A stretch of 64,000 nt of DNA from Planctomycetota bacterium (GTDB lineage Bacteria; Planctomycetota; SZUA-567; H5-PLA8). Location of the stretch: positions 1-64,000 of the forward strand of contig JBBRPR010000002.1 in assembly GCA_038227875.1 (NCBI GenBank), given 5' to 3'. Positions 21,281-30,559 of this stretch are shown piece after piece; within the stretch, counting starts at the first letter, position 1; the number at the start of each line of letters is the position of its first letter. The position numbers and the translations under genes were made by a program. The notes under the pieces were generated by a model. It had not been told where the DNA came from. It searched no databases and worked only from the letters and a program-made list of their open reading frames with translations.

Positions 21281-22459
21281 ATGCGCCATTTGAAAGACCT
21301 GAACGTCTCCGGAAAACGCGTGCTCTGCCGCGTGGATTTTAATGTCAGCGCGGATAAGAAAACCGGGGCGATCAAGGACGACACACGCATCGTCGCCGCG
21401 ATTCCGACGATTCAAAAATTGATCGCCGGCGGCGCTAAAGTGATCCTCTGCAGCCACTACGGTCGACCCGAAGGCCGCGACCCGAAGTTGTCTTTGAAGC
21501 CCGTCGCCGACCGGCTCAGCGTCCACATCAACAAGCCCGTGGCGTTCGCGCCCGATTGTGTCGGACCGGAAGCGGCCAACGCGGTCAACGCGATGAAAAA
21601 TGGCGATGTGCTGGTGCTCGAAAATCTGCGCTACCACGAAGGCGAAGAGGCCGACGACCCGGCGTTCGCCGACCAGCTGGCGAAGCTCGCCGATGTCTAC
21701 GTCAACGATGCCTTCGGCGCCGCCCATCGCGCTCACGCCTCGGTCCATGCCGTGGCCAGGAAGTTCAGCGAGAAGGCCGCCGGACTGCTGATGGAGAAGG
21801 AAGTCGATTACCTCGGCCGCGCGCTGCTCAAGCCGGAACACCCGTACGTGGTGATTCTCGGCGGCGCGAAAGTCTCCGACAAGATCAAGGTCATCAACAA
21901 GATGCTGGAAGTCGCCGACACGATCCTGATCGGCGGCGCGATGGCGTACACGTTCCTGCTCGCGCAGGGCGCGCCAACGGGCAAGTCGCTGATCGAGCCG
22001 GATTTTGTGCAGACGGCCAAGGACGTGCTCGCCAAGGCCAAGGCGCTGAACAAAAAGTTCCTGCTGCCGGTCGACCATGTCGTGGCCGAAAAGTTCGAAG
22101 CCAACGCGCCGCACCGCGTCGTCGCTTGGAACGGCATTCCCGATGGTTTCATGGCGCTGGATGTCGGCCCGAAGACCGCGGAGCTCTACAGCGCCGAGAT
22201 CGCCAAGGCCAAGATGATCGTCTGGAACGGCCCGCTGGGCGTGTTTGAACTCGAACCCTTCAACGCCGGCACCTTTGCCGTGGCCCACGCGGTCGCGGCG
22301 AATACGAATGCGACGTCGATCGTCGGCGGTGGCGAATCGGTCGCGGCGGCGAAGAAGGCGAAAGTCGCCGACAAGATCACGCATATTTCGACTGGCGGCG
22401 GCGCGAGCTTGGAATTCCTGGAAGGAAAGATTCTGCCGGGCGTCGCGGCGCTGGAATAA
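21281..22459 (+). CDS. pgk: Phosphoglycerate kinase
   Basis: RVDFNV, SHYGRP, LENLRY, NDAFGAAHRAHAS, GGAKVSDK, HISTGGGASLEFLEG; GGAGG RBS. Confidence 0.97.
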   Translation: MRHLKDLNVSGKRVLCRVDFNVSADKKTGAIKDDTRIVAAIPTIQKLIAGGAKVILCSHYGRPEGRDPKLSLKPVADRLSVHINKPVAFAPDCVGPEAANAVNAMKNGDVLVLENLRYHEGEEADDPAFADQLAKLADVYVNDAFGAAHRAHASVHAVARKFSEKAAGLLMEKEVDYLGRALLKPEHPYVVILGGAKVSDKIKVINKMLEVADTILIGGAMAYTFLLAQGAPTGKSLIEPDFVQTAKDVLAKAKALNKKFLLPVDHVVAEKFEANAPHRVVAWNGIPDGFMALDVGPKTAELYSAEIAKAKMIVWNGPLGVFELEPFNAGTFAVAHAVAANTNATSIVGGGESVAAAKKAKVADKITHISTGGGASLEFLEGKILPGVAALE

Positions 22460-22465
22460 GGCGGT

Positions 22466-22554
22466 GTAGTTTTGAGTTTTGAGTTTTGAGTTGGATTTAC
22501 GTAGACAGTGTTCAACTTAAAACTACTAACTCAAAACTCAAAACTCAAAACTAC
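22466..22554. terminator. 27-bp inverted heptamer arrays between convergent genes; probable bidirectional hairpin
   Basis: gtagttttgagttttgagttttgagtt pairs perfectly with aactcaaaactcaaaactcaaaactac. Confidence 0.6.
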
Positions 22555-22558
22555 CGGG

Positions 22559-23392
22559 TCAACGTCGCATCGCTCGGGGGCTCTTTCCGGTCTCTTGTTT
22601 GAAGACGCGGCTGAAATAGAGCGGATCGGCGTAGCCGACGAGTTTCGCGACGCGGGAGATCGTCAGGGAACTTTGTCGCAGCAGCTGCGAGGCGTGTTCG
22701 ACACGCAGCCGCGTCACATATTCCGTCGGTGTCGCGCCGGTCTGGCGTTTGAAGGCGCGGAAAAAGTAGCCCTCGCTGTAACCGTAGCGTGCGGCGAGTT
22801 TCGAGATCGAAACGGGGCGCGCGAAATGGCGGTGCAGGTGCGCGATGGCGTCGTCGAGCACGCTGGGACCGGTGGGCGTTTGCACTTCGCCCAGGAGCCG
22901 CACGAAGCGTCCGATGGCGGCGCGGGCTAGGCCGTCGAGCTCGGGTCCGATGCGGCCGAAGCGCCGTTCCGCGCGCAGCCAGAGTTGCTCCATGGGTGCG
23001 GCCAGTTCGTGCGCCTCCACGGCGTGAAAGCAGCTCGTGTCGAGCTGATCGAGCAGGCTTCCCGACAGACCCACCCAGAGATTGTCGACCGGACCTGATT
23101 CTTCGCGATGCGCGACGCCGGGCGGAATGAGGAACGCCTGTCCGGGCCGGAACGGAAGCGGTGTCTTCCCGTGTAAGATTCCGCTGCCTTTGAAGACGTA
23201 GATCAGCTCCCAGAATTCGTGATAGCCCATCAGCGTCGACGTGTTGGGTCCGTTGTAGCGGATGACGTAGAGCGGACTGAGTTCCCGCGAACGCCGCGTG
23301 GCGGCGTCGCGGCCCCAGAGCGAATCCGCATTCAGCCAGCCGGGAATGCCGCGCCAGGGAATTAGAGTCGCGGTTTCTGAGGTTCGTTTCAT
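22559..23392 (-). CDS. AraC-family transcriptional regulator
   Basis: Cupin HEFWEL...IPPGVAH; HTH YFFRAFKRQTG...GYADPLYFSRVFK. Confidence 0.92.
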   Translation of the reverse strand: MKRTSETATLIPWRGIPGWLNADSLWGRDAATRRSRELSPLYVIRYNGPNTSTLMGYHEFWELIYVFKGSGILHGKTPLPFRPGQAFLIPPGVAHREESGPVDNLWVGLSGSLLDQLDTSCFHAVEAHELAAPMEQLWLRAERRFGRIGPELDGLARAAIGRFVRLLGEVQTPTGPSVLDDAIAHLHRHFARPVSISKLAARYGYSEGYFFRAFKRQTGATPTEYVTRLRVEHASQLLRQSSLTISRVAKLVGYADPLYFSRVFKQETGKSPRAMRR

Positions 23393-23503
23393 GGCCTGAG
23401 CGTAAGTGAAAGGTCAGTTTAGTCCATGTATTTCAGTCTCTCCGAGTCAGCCACTGCATGCCTCGAGACGGTATTATCCATGCAGCGCTTAGAGGAGAAA
23501 ACC

Positions 23504-24562
23504 ATGCAAAAATTCACAGCCAGCGTCGTCGGAGGTGGAGGCGGCGGCCGGTTGAGCCTGACGGGGCTCGCGGCGTCCGAACGTTTTGAACTGGTCGCGG
23601 CGGCAGATTTGCGTCCGGAGGTGTGCGAGCAATTGAAACAGGCGTATTCCGGATTGCAGACCTTCACCACGCATCAGGAGATGTTCCAGCGCTGCCCGAC
23701 GGATGTGGTCTGCGTCTCCACGTTTCCGACGTCGCACCGCGCGGTGACGTTCGACGCGCTGCGATTGCCGCTGAAAGGAATTCTGGTCGAGAAGCCGCTC
23801 GCGGATCGCGCGGCGGACGGGCGGGCCATTCTCGAGGCCATCCGTGCGCGCAAATTGCCCGTGGCCGTACCGCACGGACTGCTGGTGCTGCCGCACGCGA
23901 TGGAAATCGTCAAAAAAGTTCGCGGCGGCGAGATCGGGCAGTTGGTCCTGGTGGAGATCGAATGCGGCGGCTGGGACTTGATGAACGCGGGCATTCATTG
24001 GATCGATTACTTCGTCACGCTGATCGGCAACGAACCGATCGATCATGTGATGGCGCTCTGCGATGCGTCGACGCGCACCTACCGCGACGGCCTGCAGGTC
24101 GAAACCCTCGCGGTCACGCAGGTTCAAACGCGCAGCGGCATCCGCTGCGTGATGACCACGGGCGATCATGTGAAAATCATGCGCGAAGGGAAGGGGACGC
24201 TCTTCCGCCTGATCGGGACGAAGGGCATGATCGAATTCTGGGGCTGGGAGAATGCGTACCTGCAGTTTGGCGCGCAGCATCCGGAAGGCCGGCTCATTAC
24301 CGTGCCGTACGAGAAGCGCGGCGTGCATCAGATCCATCTCGAAAATCTCGCCGCGGAGATCGATCGCGAAGGGCCAGACTACGCGATAGCCGATGGTTCG
24401 CTGCGCGCCTTGGAAATCTGCGAGGCGGCATATCTCTCCAGCCGCCACCGCTGCAAAATCGATTTCCCATTTGAATCGTTCCAAACTCCAGCGGAGAACG
24501 GGTGGATTCCCGGATTGGCGTATGCGGGGAGCGGCGGCGGGCGGGATGGGCGGAAGCTGTGA
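23504..24562 (+). CDS. Gfo/Idh/MocA oxidoreductase
   Basis: VVGGGGGG Rossmann motif, LVEKPLA, GIHWID; GAGGAG RBS. Confidence 0.88.
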   Translation: MQKFTASVVGGGGGGRLSLTGLAASERFELVAAADLRPEVCEQLKQAYSGLQTFTTHQEMFQRCPTDVVCVSTFPTSHRAVTFDALRLPLKGILVEKPLADRAADGRAILEAIRARKLPVAVPHGLLVLPHAMEIVKKVRGGEIGQLVLVEIECGGWDLMNAGIHWIDYFVTLIGNEPIDHVMALCDASTRTYRDGLQVETLAVTQVQTRSGIRCVMTTGDHVKIMREGKGTLFRLIGTKGMIEFWGWENAYLQFGAQHPEGRLITVPYEKRGVHQIHLENLAAEIDREGPDYAIADGSLRALEICEAAYLSSRHRCKIDFPFESFQTPAENGWIPGLAYAGSGGGRDGRKL

Positions 24563-24606
24563 ATGTCGATTGACGAAATGTCGAATGTCGAATGTCGAAT
24601 GTCGAA
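24562..24606. repeat. 7-nt tandem array (TGTCGAA)n
   Basis: aatgtcgaatgtcgaatgtcgaatgtcgaa. Confidence 0.85.
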
Positions 24607-24630
24607 CTGAATTGCGCTGCATTTTTGGAG

Positions 24631-24837
24631 CGAAGCGACCGTGCCGTTTGTAGTCCGGGCGTCTCGCCCGGAGTTCCAAAACCAACGGCCGAAAAGCAGA
24701 TTCGTTCGAGTGACGTAAGCCATAGCGAAGTAACTATTTCATTTGTTGCAGTAGTTCTCGTGGTGAAGAATCGGCGACTCATGGAGTCGGTGAGTTTCTC
24801 CGGGCGAGACGCCCGGACTACAAAGGGCACCGCTTCG
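24631..24837. repeat. REPIN-like element: two inverted GTAG-type REP copies
   Basis: gtgccgtttGTAGtccgggcgtctcgcccggag (24641-24673) and a near-perfect inverse (24798-24830). Confidence 0.7.
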
Positions 24838-24880
24838 AACGCAGTGCAACCGATAGTCGTCATCCATTTGAAAGGTGCGT

Positions 24881-25957
24881 ATGGACAGAATCAACTTCGG
24901 CATTGTCGGCGCGGGTTGGCGGACGGAATTCTTTCTGCGGATCGTCCAGGCGTGTCCGGAGCGCTTTGGCGTCACCGGTGTCGTCGTGCGCAATCCGGAG
25001 AAGGCGGCGACGTTCGCGAAACGCTGGGGCGTACCCGTCTTTGCGACGCTCGAGGCGATGCTGGAGAAAAGCGCGCCGTCGTTTGTGGTCTCGTCGGTGC
25101 CGTGGGATGTGAATCCGGGCGTGCTCGTCACGCTGTCGGAGCGCGGCGTGCCGGCGCTCTCGGAAACGCCGCCCGCGCCGAACCTGGAAGGCATGGTGGC
25201 GCTCTGGGAGAAGATTCAGCGTTTGAAGGGGCGCGTGCAGGTGGCCGAGCAGGTGCATCTGCGGCCGCATCATGTGGCGCAACTGGCGGTCGCGGCGAGC
25301 GGGAAACTCGGCACGATTTCGCAGGCGCAGGTTTCAGTGGCGCATGGCTACCATGGCATCAGCTTGATGCGCAAATTCCTCGGGATCACCTTTGAACCCG
25401 CGCGCGTTCACGCCACGGAATTCAAATCGCCGCTGATCGCCGGAGCGGGCCGGGATGGGCCGCCGGAGAAGGAGGGAGTCAAGACGTCGACGCAGCACTT
25501 CATCCGCTTCGATTACGGCAACAAACTGGGCCTGATGGATTTCACGGGCGATCAGTATTTTGCGTGGATCCGCGACGAACGCCTGCTGGTGCGCGGCGAG
25601 CGCGGCGAACTTTCCGGACGCAGCGTCGCGTACTTGAAGGACTTCCGCACGCCGATCCGTTTCGATTTTGTCCGCCACGCGGCGGGGATCGACGGCGACT
25701 TGCAGGGCAACCATTTGCAGGGCATTCAGGCCGGCGAGGAGTGGGTGTACCGCAACGCGTTCACGCCCGCGTCGCTGATGGACGACGAGATCGCGATCGC
25801 CACGGCGCTGGTGAAGATGGACGAGTACGTGCGGACCGGCCGTGAGTTCTACCCGCTGGCGGAGGGCATGCAGGATCATTATCTCAACATCGTCGCGCAG
25901 AAGTCGCTGGCGACCGGCGCGACGGAGACGGCGACCGAGCAGCCGTGGTCGCGGTAA
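24881..25957 (+). CDS. Gfo/Idh/MocA oxidoreductase
   Basis: GIVGAGWR, LSETPPA, VAHGYHG. Confidence 0.85.
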   Translation: MDRINFGIVGAGWRTEFFLRIVQACPERFGVTGVVVRNPEKAATFAKRWGVPVFATLEAMLEKSAPSFVVSSVPWDVNPGVLVTLSERGVPALSETPPAPNLEGMVALWEKIQRLKGRVQVAEQVHLRPHHVAQLAVAASGKLGTISQAQVSVAHGYHGISLMRKFLGITFEPARVHATEFKSPLIAGAGRDGPPEKEGVKTSTQHFIRFDYGNKLGLMDFTGDQYFAWIRDERLLVRGERGELSGRSVAYLKDFRTPIRFDFVRHAAGIDGDLQGNHLQGIQAGEEWVYRNAFTPASLMDDEIAIATALVKMDEYVRTGREFYPLAEGMQDHYLNIVAQKSLATGATETATEQPWSR

Positions 25958-25966
25958 GGACGAACG

Positions 25967-26470
25967 CTAACCGCCATCGTCGCTCGGCGTCGGACTCGCG
26001 CCTGCGGCACCAGGCGGCGTCGCTGGTGGCGGCGTCGCGATGCGCATTTCGCCCATCATTGCGCGGGTTGGCGCGGGTTGCTCGACGAACCACGATTTCA
26101 ACGATGGCTTTGAGTTGCTCGCGCCAAATGCCGAGGCCGCATGCGAACCCGCGAACGCGAAGAGCGCGGCAATGCCTGAGCCGATCCATCGCATCCGATC
26201 GCGCGCGGCGCGCAGGCCGACCGGACAATTGTCGGTGAGCACCGTGCCATCGGCGCGCTGATAGAAGCGCACACAGACCTTGCCTTCCTTTTGCTGGACC
26301 AAGGCCTCGGCTTCGGTGCGGCTCATGTCGGAGAGATTGTAGACATGCTTGCTGCAGAGCTTGCAGAAGCGCGCGCGTTCGTCACCGGACATCTCGGACC
26401 ACTTGGCGTGGCAGGGCGCGGCGACGGAGATGTGGTCGAGATTCGAATGGGGTTGCGCGTCGCTGCTCAT
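25967..26470 (-). CDS. Cys-rich membrane-anchored protein, paralog 4 of 4
   Basis: SVAAPCHAKWSEMSGDERARFCKLCSKHVYNLS...CVRFY...NCPVG, TM helix, Pro-rich tail. Confidence 0.85.
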   Translation of the reverse strand: MSSDAQPHSNLDHISVAAPCHAKWSEMSGDERARFCKLCSKHVYNLSDMSRTEAEALVQQKEGKVCVRFYQRADGTVLTDNCPVGLRAARDRMRWIGSGIAALFAFAGSHAASAFGASNSKPSLKSWFVEQPAPTRAMMGEMRIATPPPATPPGAAGASPTPSDDGG

Positions 26471-26934
26471 GATTTTCCCCCGCACGGCGGAGCTGTGCTT
26501 GGAGAAACTGTCTGCGTTGGCGGTGGCGCGAGGCGCATTGCACCCATTACGGGTAGGGGTCGATTGATGAACCAATTTTTCAACGAAAGGTTCGAGTTGT
26601 CCCGGCCAAACGCCGCGGCGGCGCAGGACGCAGTCAGTGCGAACAGTGCTGCAATGCCGGCGCCGACCCACTTCATCTGATCTCGCAAGGTTCGTAATCC
26701 GACAGGGCAGTTTTCGGTGAGCACCTTGCCGTCCGCGCGGCGGTAAAAGCGCACGCAGACCTTGCCTTCCTTTTCCTTGATCAGCGCTTCGGCCTCGGTG
26801 CGGCTCATGGCGGAGAGGTTGTAGACGTGTTTGCTGCAGAGCTTGCAGAAGCGCGCGCGGTCGTCGCCGGACATCTCGGACCACCTCGCGTGGCAGGGCG
26901 CGGCGACGGAGACGTGGTTGAGATTGGTATCCAT
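26467..26934 (-). CDS. Cys-rich membrane-anchored protein, paralog 3 of 4
   Basis: Same motif; ATGA overlap with the next gene. Confidence 0.85.
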   Translation of the reverse strand: MDTNLNHVSVAAPCHARWSEMSGDDRARFCKLCSKHVYNLSAMSRTEAEALIKEKEGKVCVRFYRRADGKVLTENCPVGLRTLRDQMKWVGAGIAALFALTASCAAAAFGRDNSNLSLKNWFINRPLPVMGAMRLAPPPTQTVSPSTAPPCGGKS

Positions 26935-26936
26935 GC

Positions 26937-27413
26937 TCAGTTGTCCTTCGGGCAAGAGGACAGTGACGTTGGTGGTGCCGGCGTAGGTGGCGCCATCATC
27001 ATTTTCCCCGCAATTTCCTGGCGAGGAGCTTCGACAAACCAGGACTTCAACGAGGTATTGCTTCCGGTTCCCAGGACTGCGGCTGCGCAGGAACCGGCGA
27101 GTGCGAACAGCGCTGCGACGCCGGCACCGATCCAGCGCAGGCGATCACGCGCGGCGCGCAGACCGACGGGGCAATTGTCGGAGATGATCGTGCCGTCAGC
27201 GCGGCGGTAGAAGCGGATGCAGAGATTGCCTTCCTTTTCCTTGATCAGTGCGGCGGCGTCGGTGCGGCTCATGCCGGAGAGATTGTAGACGTGCTTGCTG
27301 CAGAGTTTGCAGAAGCGCGCGCGGTCGTCGCCGGACATGTCGGACCACTTTGCGTGGCAGGGCGCGGCGACGGAGACGTTGTCGAGATTCGGGTTGGCGT
27401 TGTCGTCGCTCAT
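26937..27413 (-). CDS. Cys-rich membrane-anchored protein, paralog 2 of 4
   Basis: Same motif; ATGA overlap with the upstream gene. Confidence 0.85.
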   Translation of the reverse strand: MSDDNANPNLDNVSVAAPCHAKWSDMSGDDRARFCKLCSKHVYNLSGMSRTDAAALIKEKEGNLCIRFYRRADGTIISDNCPVGLRAARDRLRWIGAGVAALFALAGSCAAAVLGTGSNTSLKSWFVEAPRQEIAGKMMMAPPTPAPPTSLSSCPKDN

Positions 27414-27907
27414 GATGGTTGCGCTTTCGATGGATTGGCGACCACGGGTGTCGGCGTTCCCGCTGGCGCGCGTGGAATATACCCGCATCCTCCCATAGCC
27501 CCCGCTGGAAGTGTCGACTTTGGTGGTTCAACGAACCAGGCCTTCAAACTATGGGCCGACGTGACGTCGCCCACCGCCGCGGCGACGACCGAACATGCGA
27601 ACGCCAGCGCGGCGGCGATTCCTGCGCCGACCCAGCGCATGCGGTCTCGCGCGGCGCGCAGGCCGACGGGGCAGTTATCGGAGATGACCGTGCCATCCGC
27701 GCGCTGAGCGAAGCGGATGCAGAGTTTCCCTTCCTTCGAAATGATCAGCGCTTCGGCTTCGGCGCGGCTCATGGCGGAGAGATTGTAGACGTGCTTGGTG
27801 CAGAGCTTGCAGAATCGCGCGCGGTCGTCGCCGGACATCTCCGCCCAGTTTTCAGAGCAGGGCGCGGCGACACTCAGGTTGTCCAAGGGGTTTGGAGTTG
27901 GCTGCAT
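27410..27907 (-). CDS. Cys-rich membrane-anchored protein, paralog 1 of 4
   Basis: SVAAPCSENWAEMSGDDRARFCKLCTKHVYNLS; GGAG RBS. Confidence 0.85.
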   Translation of the reverse strand: MQPTPNPLDNLSVAAPCSENWAEMSGDDRARFCKLCTKHVYNLSAMSRAEAEALIISKEGKLCIRFAQRADGTVISDNCPVGLRAARDRMRWVGAGIAAALAFACSVVAAAVGDVTSAHSLKAWFVEPPKSTLPAGAMGGCGYIPRAPAGTPTPVVANPSKAQPS

Positions 27908-28110
27908 GGTCTGTCTCCGCGACGTATCCTTATAGTAAGACGAAATGCCTGTGAAAAGGTTGCGAACATTGTGTAGAGGTTGTGGTTGGATTCCTCGAAG
28001 CCTCATAGTTTAATTTTAATCACTATGATCAAATATTAATATTAAAACTGTGACACGATAAGTCTTTTGATGGCCTCAATTTACCTATAAGATCAAGACT
28101 CATCATTGAT

Positions 28111-28127
28111 CTGGTCATTTATTTGCA
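28111..28127 (+). promoter_or_regulatory. Putative sigma54 (-24/-12) promoter for amt
   Basis: cTGGtcatttatTTGCA with GG-N10-GC spacing, about 57 nt upstream of the start. Confidence 0.6.
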
Positions 28128-28183
28128 AACAGCACAATTAGAATCATTTAAACTCAATAGAATCGTAAAAATTGGAGACGGTG

Positions 28184-29644
28184 ATGTTCAAAAGTAAGCA
28201 CATGAAGGCCATCGGGCTGTCCGTCTTGGTTTTGGCATTCGGTTGCTGCCTTGGAGTGCGGGCCGAAGAGGCCGCGCCGAAGGTGGATACTGGCGACAAC
28301 GCCTGGATGCTGGTCAGCTCCGCTTTGGTGCTGTTGATGACTGCGCCGGGGCTGGCCTTGTTTTACGGCGGTCTCGTGCGGCGCAAAAATGTGCTGTCGA
28401 CAATTATGCACAGCGTTTTTCTGATGGGCTTGATGTCGATGATCTGGGCCGTCTACGGTTACAGCCTGGCCTTCGGTGAAGGCAACGCCATCTTCGGAAA
28501 TCCCATGCAGTACTTCATGCTCAACGGCGTCGGCAGCCTGCCCAACGCGGACTACGCGCCGACGATTCCGCATCTCACCTTCATGCTCTTTCAGTTGATG
28601 TTCGCGATCATCACGCCGGCGCTGATCAGCGGTGCGTACGCGGAGCGCATCAAGTTCAGCGCGATGGTGGCGTTTACGATTCTCTGGTCGACGCTGATTT
28701 ACTTTCCTCTGGCGCACATGGTCTGGGGCAAGGGCGGGATGTTCAACTGGGCGCTGGGCGGCTCGCTGCCAGCGCTGGATTTTGCCGGCGGCACGGTCGT
28801 GCACATCAGCGCGGGAACTTCGGCGCTGGTCTGTGCGCTCTACCTGGGCAAGCGCCGCGGCTATCCGCAGACGCCGATGCTGCCGCACAATCTCGTCTTG
28901 AGCATCATTGGCGCGGCGTTGCTGTGGTTCGGCTGGTTTGGCTTCAACGCGGGCAGTGCGCTTTCGGCCGGCAGCCTGCCCAATGGCGCGAACCTCGCGG
29001 CCAGCGCCTTTGCGGCGACGCACTTCGCTTCAGCCGCGGCGGCGATGTCCTGGTCGCTCTTCGAGTGGATCGAGCGCGGCAAGCCCAGCGCTCTGGGCGT
29101 GATCTCGGGCCTCGTCGCGGGTCTGGTGGCGATCACACCGGCATCGGGATTTGTCACGGTTCCCGCCGCGATGCTGATCGGCGCGCTGGCCGGCGGCGTC
29201 TGTTACCTCACCGTCACCAAGCTCAAGATCAAGCTCGGCTACGACGACAGTCTCGACGCCTTTGGCGTGCATGGCGTGGGCGGCATTCTGGGCGCGTTGC
29301 TGACAGGAATTTTTGCGAACGCCACGATCAATCCGCTGATCAATTCGGTCTACAAGGTCAATGGCAATGTGGTGAATCTGCAGGGCGGCACCGCGCAGTT
29401 GGTCAACCAGGCCATCGCGGCGGGCATCACGGTAGTCGCTTCGGTTATTGGGACGTTTGTGATTCTGAAAGTGGTCGATGCCATCATCGGCGTGCGCGTC
29501 TCGGAAGAGGCGGAGCTGGAAGGCTTGGACGTCAGCATGCATGGTGAAGAGGCGTATGGCGACCACGAAGGCCACATTGCCTCGCCCCCGCATTTCCCGG
29601 CGCACCATGCGGCCGGGACGCCGAAACTGGTGGATGCGCGGTAG
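28184..29644 (+). CDS. amtB: Ammonium transporter (Amt family)
   Basis: FQLMFAIIT, DFAGGTVVH, PHN, WFGWFGFNAGS, AGLVAITP, DDSLDAFGVHG. Confidence 0.95.
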   Translation: MFKSKHMKAIGLSVLVLAFGCCLGVRAEEAAPKVDTGDNAWMLVSSALVLLMTAPGLALFYGGLVRRKNVLSTIMHSVFLMGLMSMIWAVYGYSLAFGEGNAIFGNPMQYFMLNGVGSLPNADYAPTIPHLTFMLFQLMFAIITPALISGAYAERIKFSAMVAFTILWSTLIYFPLAHMVWGKGGMFNWALGGSLPALDFAGGTVVHISAGTSALVCALYLGKRRGYPQTPMLPHNLVLSIIGAALLWFGWFGFNAGSALSAGSLPNGANLAASAFAATHFASAAAAMSWSLFEWIERGKPSALGVISGLVAGLVAITPASGFVTVPAAMLIGALAGGVCYLTVTKLKIKLGYDDSLDAFGVHGVGGILGALLTGIFANATINPLINSVYKVNGNVVNLQGGTAQLVNQAIAAGITVVASVIGTFVILKVVDAIIGVRVSEEAELEGLDVSMHGEEAYGDHEGHIASPPHFPAHHAAGTPKLVDAR

Positions 29645-29690
29645 GCCGGCGTTCCATTTCAGGTGAGCACGCTTGCACCGAAGAGAACAA

Positions 29691-29826
29691 ATGGGATCGG
29701 GGATCGGGGATCGGGCATCTGCTTTCTGGGGAGCGCGTCCGTGACGCGTTATCGAAGCGAAACGACGTTATAGAAATGGGAAGCCCACGAACTGACCGAT
29801 GCCTGATGCCCGATCCCCGATCCCAT
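29691..29826. repeat. Inverted heptamer arrays (GGGATCG)n / (CGATCCC)n
   Basis: atgggatcggggatcggggatcgggcatc ... gatgcctgatgcccgatccccgatcccat. Confidence 0.75.
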
Positions 29827-30009
29827 CTGTTGAACTCCAGTGTGCTCCCCCTGTCACCTTGAGCGCGGGTCGCAATCCGCCGTTGATTTCCTAAACGGTT
29901 TTGCGACAATGCTTTTGTGTGCTCATGTCCCCTCGGGCTGTGCCGTGGGGGTTCTGAGCTTTCGTCAGCGGTTTAAGGATTCACCTTAAGCCTGAATTGA
30001 AGGAAGATC

Positions 30010-30330
30010 ATGCGAACAGCCATTCATCCGATGTACAAGCCCGTCACGATCACGTGCGTGGGTTGCGGCACGAAGGTCGACACCCGCTCAACGAAGGGCC
30101 GGGATTTCTCGATCGACGTGTGCTCGCACTGCCATCCGTTCTACACCGGCCGCCAGAAGTTCGTCGATTCCGCGGGTCGCGTCGAACGCTTCCAGAAGAA
30201 GTGGGCCGCCGTTGAAAAGAAGCCGGCCAAGGCTGAAGTCAAGCCGGATGCCGCCGCCACTGAAGCCAAGCCCGATGCCACGAAGGCCAAGGGCGAGAAG
30301 AAGGAAGTCGTCGCCACCGAAAAGAAGTAG
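30010..30330 (+). CDS. rpmE: 50S ribosomal protein L31 (Zn-binding type) with charged tail
   Basis: IHPMY..., CVGC, CSHCHPFYTG, GRVERF. Confidence 0.95.
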   Translation: MRTAIHPMYKPVTITCVGCGTKVDTRSTKGRDFSIDVCSHCHPFYTGRQKFVDSAGRVERFQKKWAAVEKKPAKAEVKPDAAATEAKPDATKAKGEKKEVVATEKK

Positions 30331-30347
30331 CGACGCGTTGCGCCATT

Positions 30348-30404
30348 CCTGCCGATTTGCGAACTTCGACTCGTCGATGCTCGTCGCAAATCGGCAGGTT
30401 TGTT
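30348..30404 (+). terminator. Hairpin with short U-rich tail after rpmE
   Basis: cctgccgatttgcga ... tcgcaaatcggcagg then tttgtt. Confidence 0.5.
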
Positions 30405-30417
30405 AACAAAGAGGCAC

Positions 30418-30539
30418 TTGGCTCGTAGCTCTTGGCTTTTGGGAGTCCTGTCGGTTAGTCAAAAGGTATAGGCCTGACCGACAGGGCTCCCAAGAGCCAA
30501 GAGCCAAGAGCCAAGAGCCAAGAGCCAGAAGCCAAGAGC
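30418..30539. repeat. Inverted heptamer arrays (CTCTTGG)n / (CCAAGAG)n around an inner stem
   Basis: ttggctcgtagctcttggcttttgggagtcctgtcggttag ... ctgaccgacagggctcccaagagccaagagcc... Confidence 0.75.
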
Positions 30540-30559
30540 AAATTTCCGAGAGCTCCGCC

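Noticed and set aside
25967..27907. Paralog arrays as diversity-generating retroelement targets
   Set aside because: No reverse transcriptase and no adenine-specific template/variable repeat pair seen
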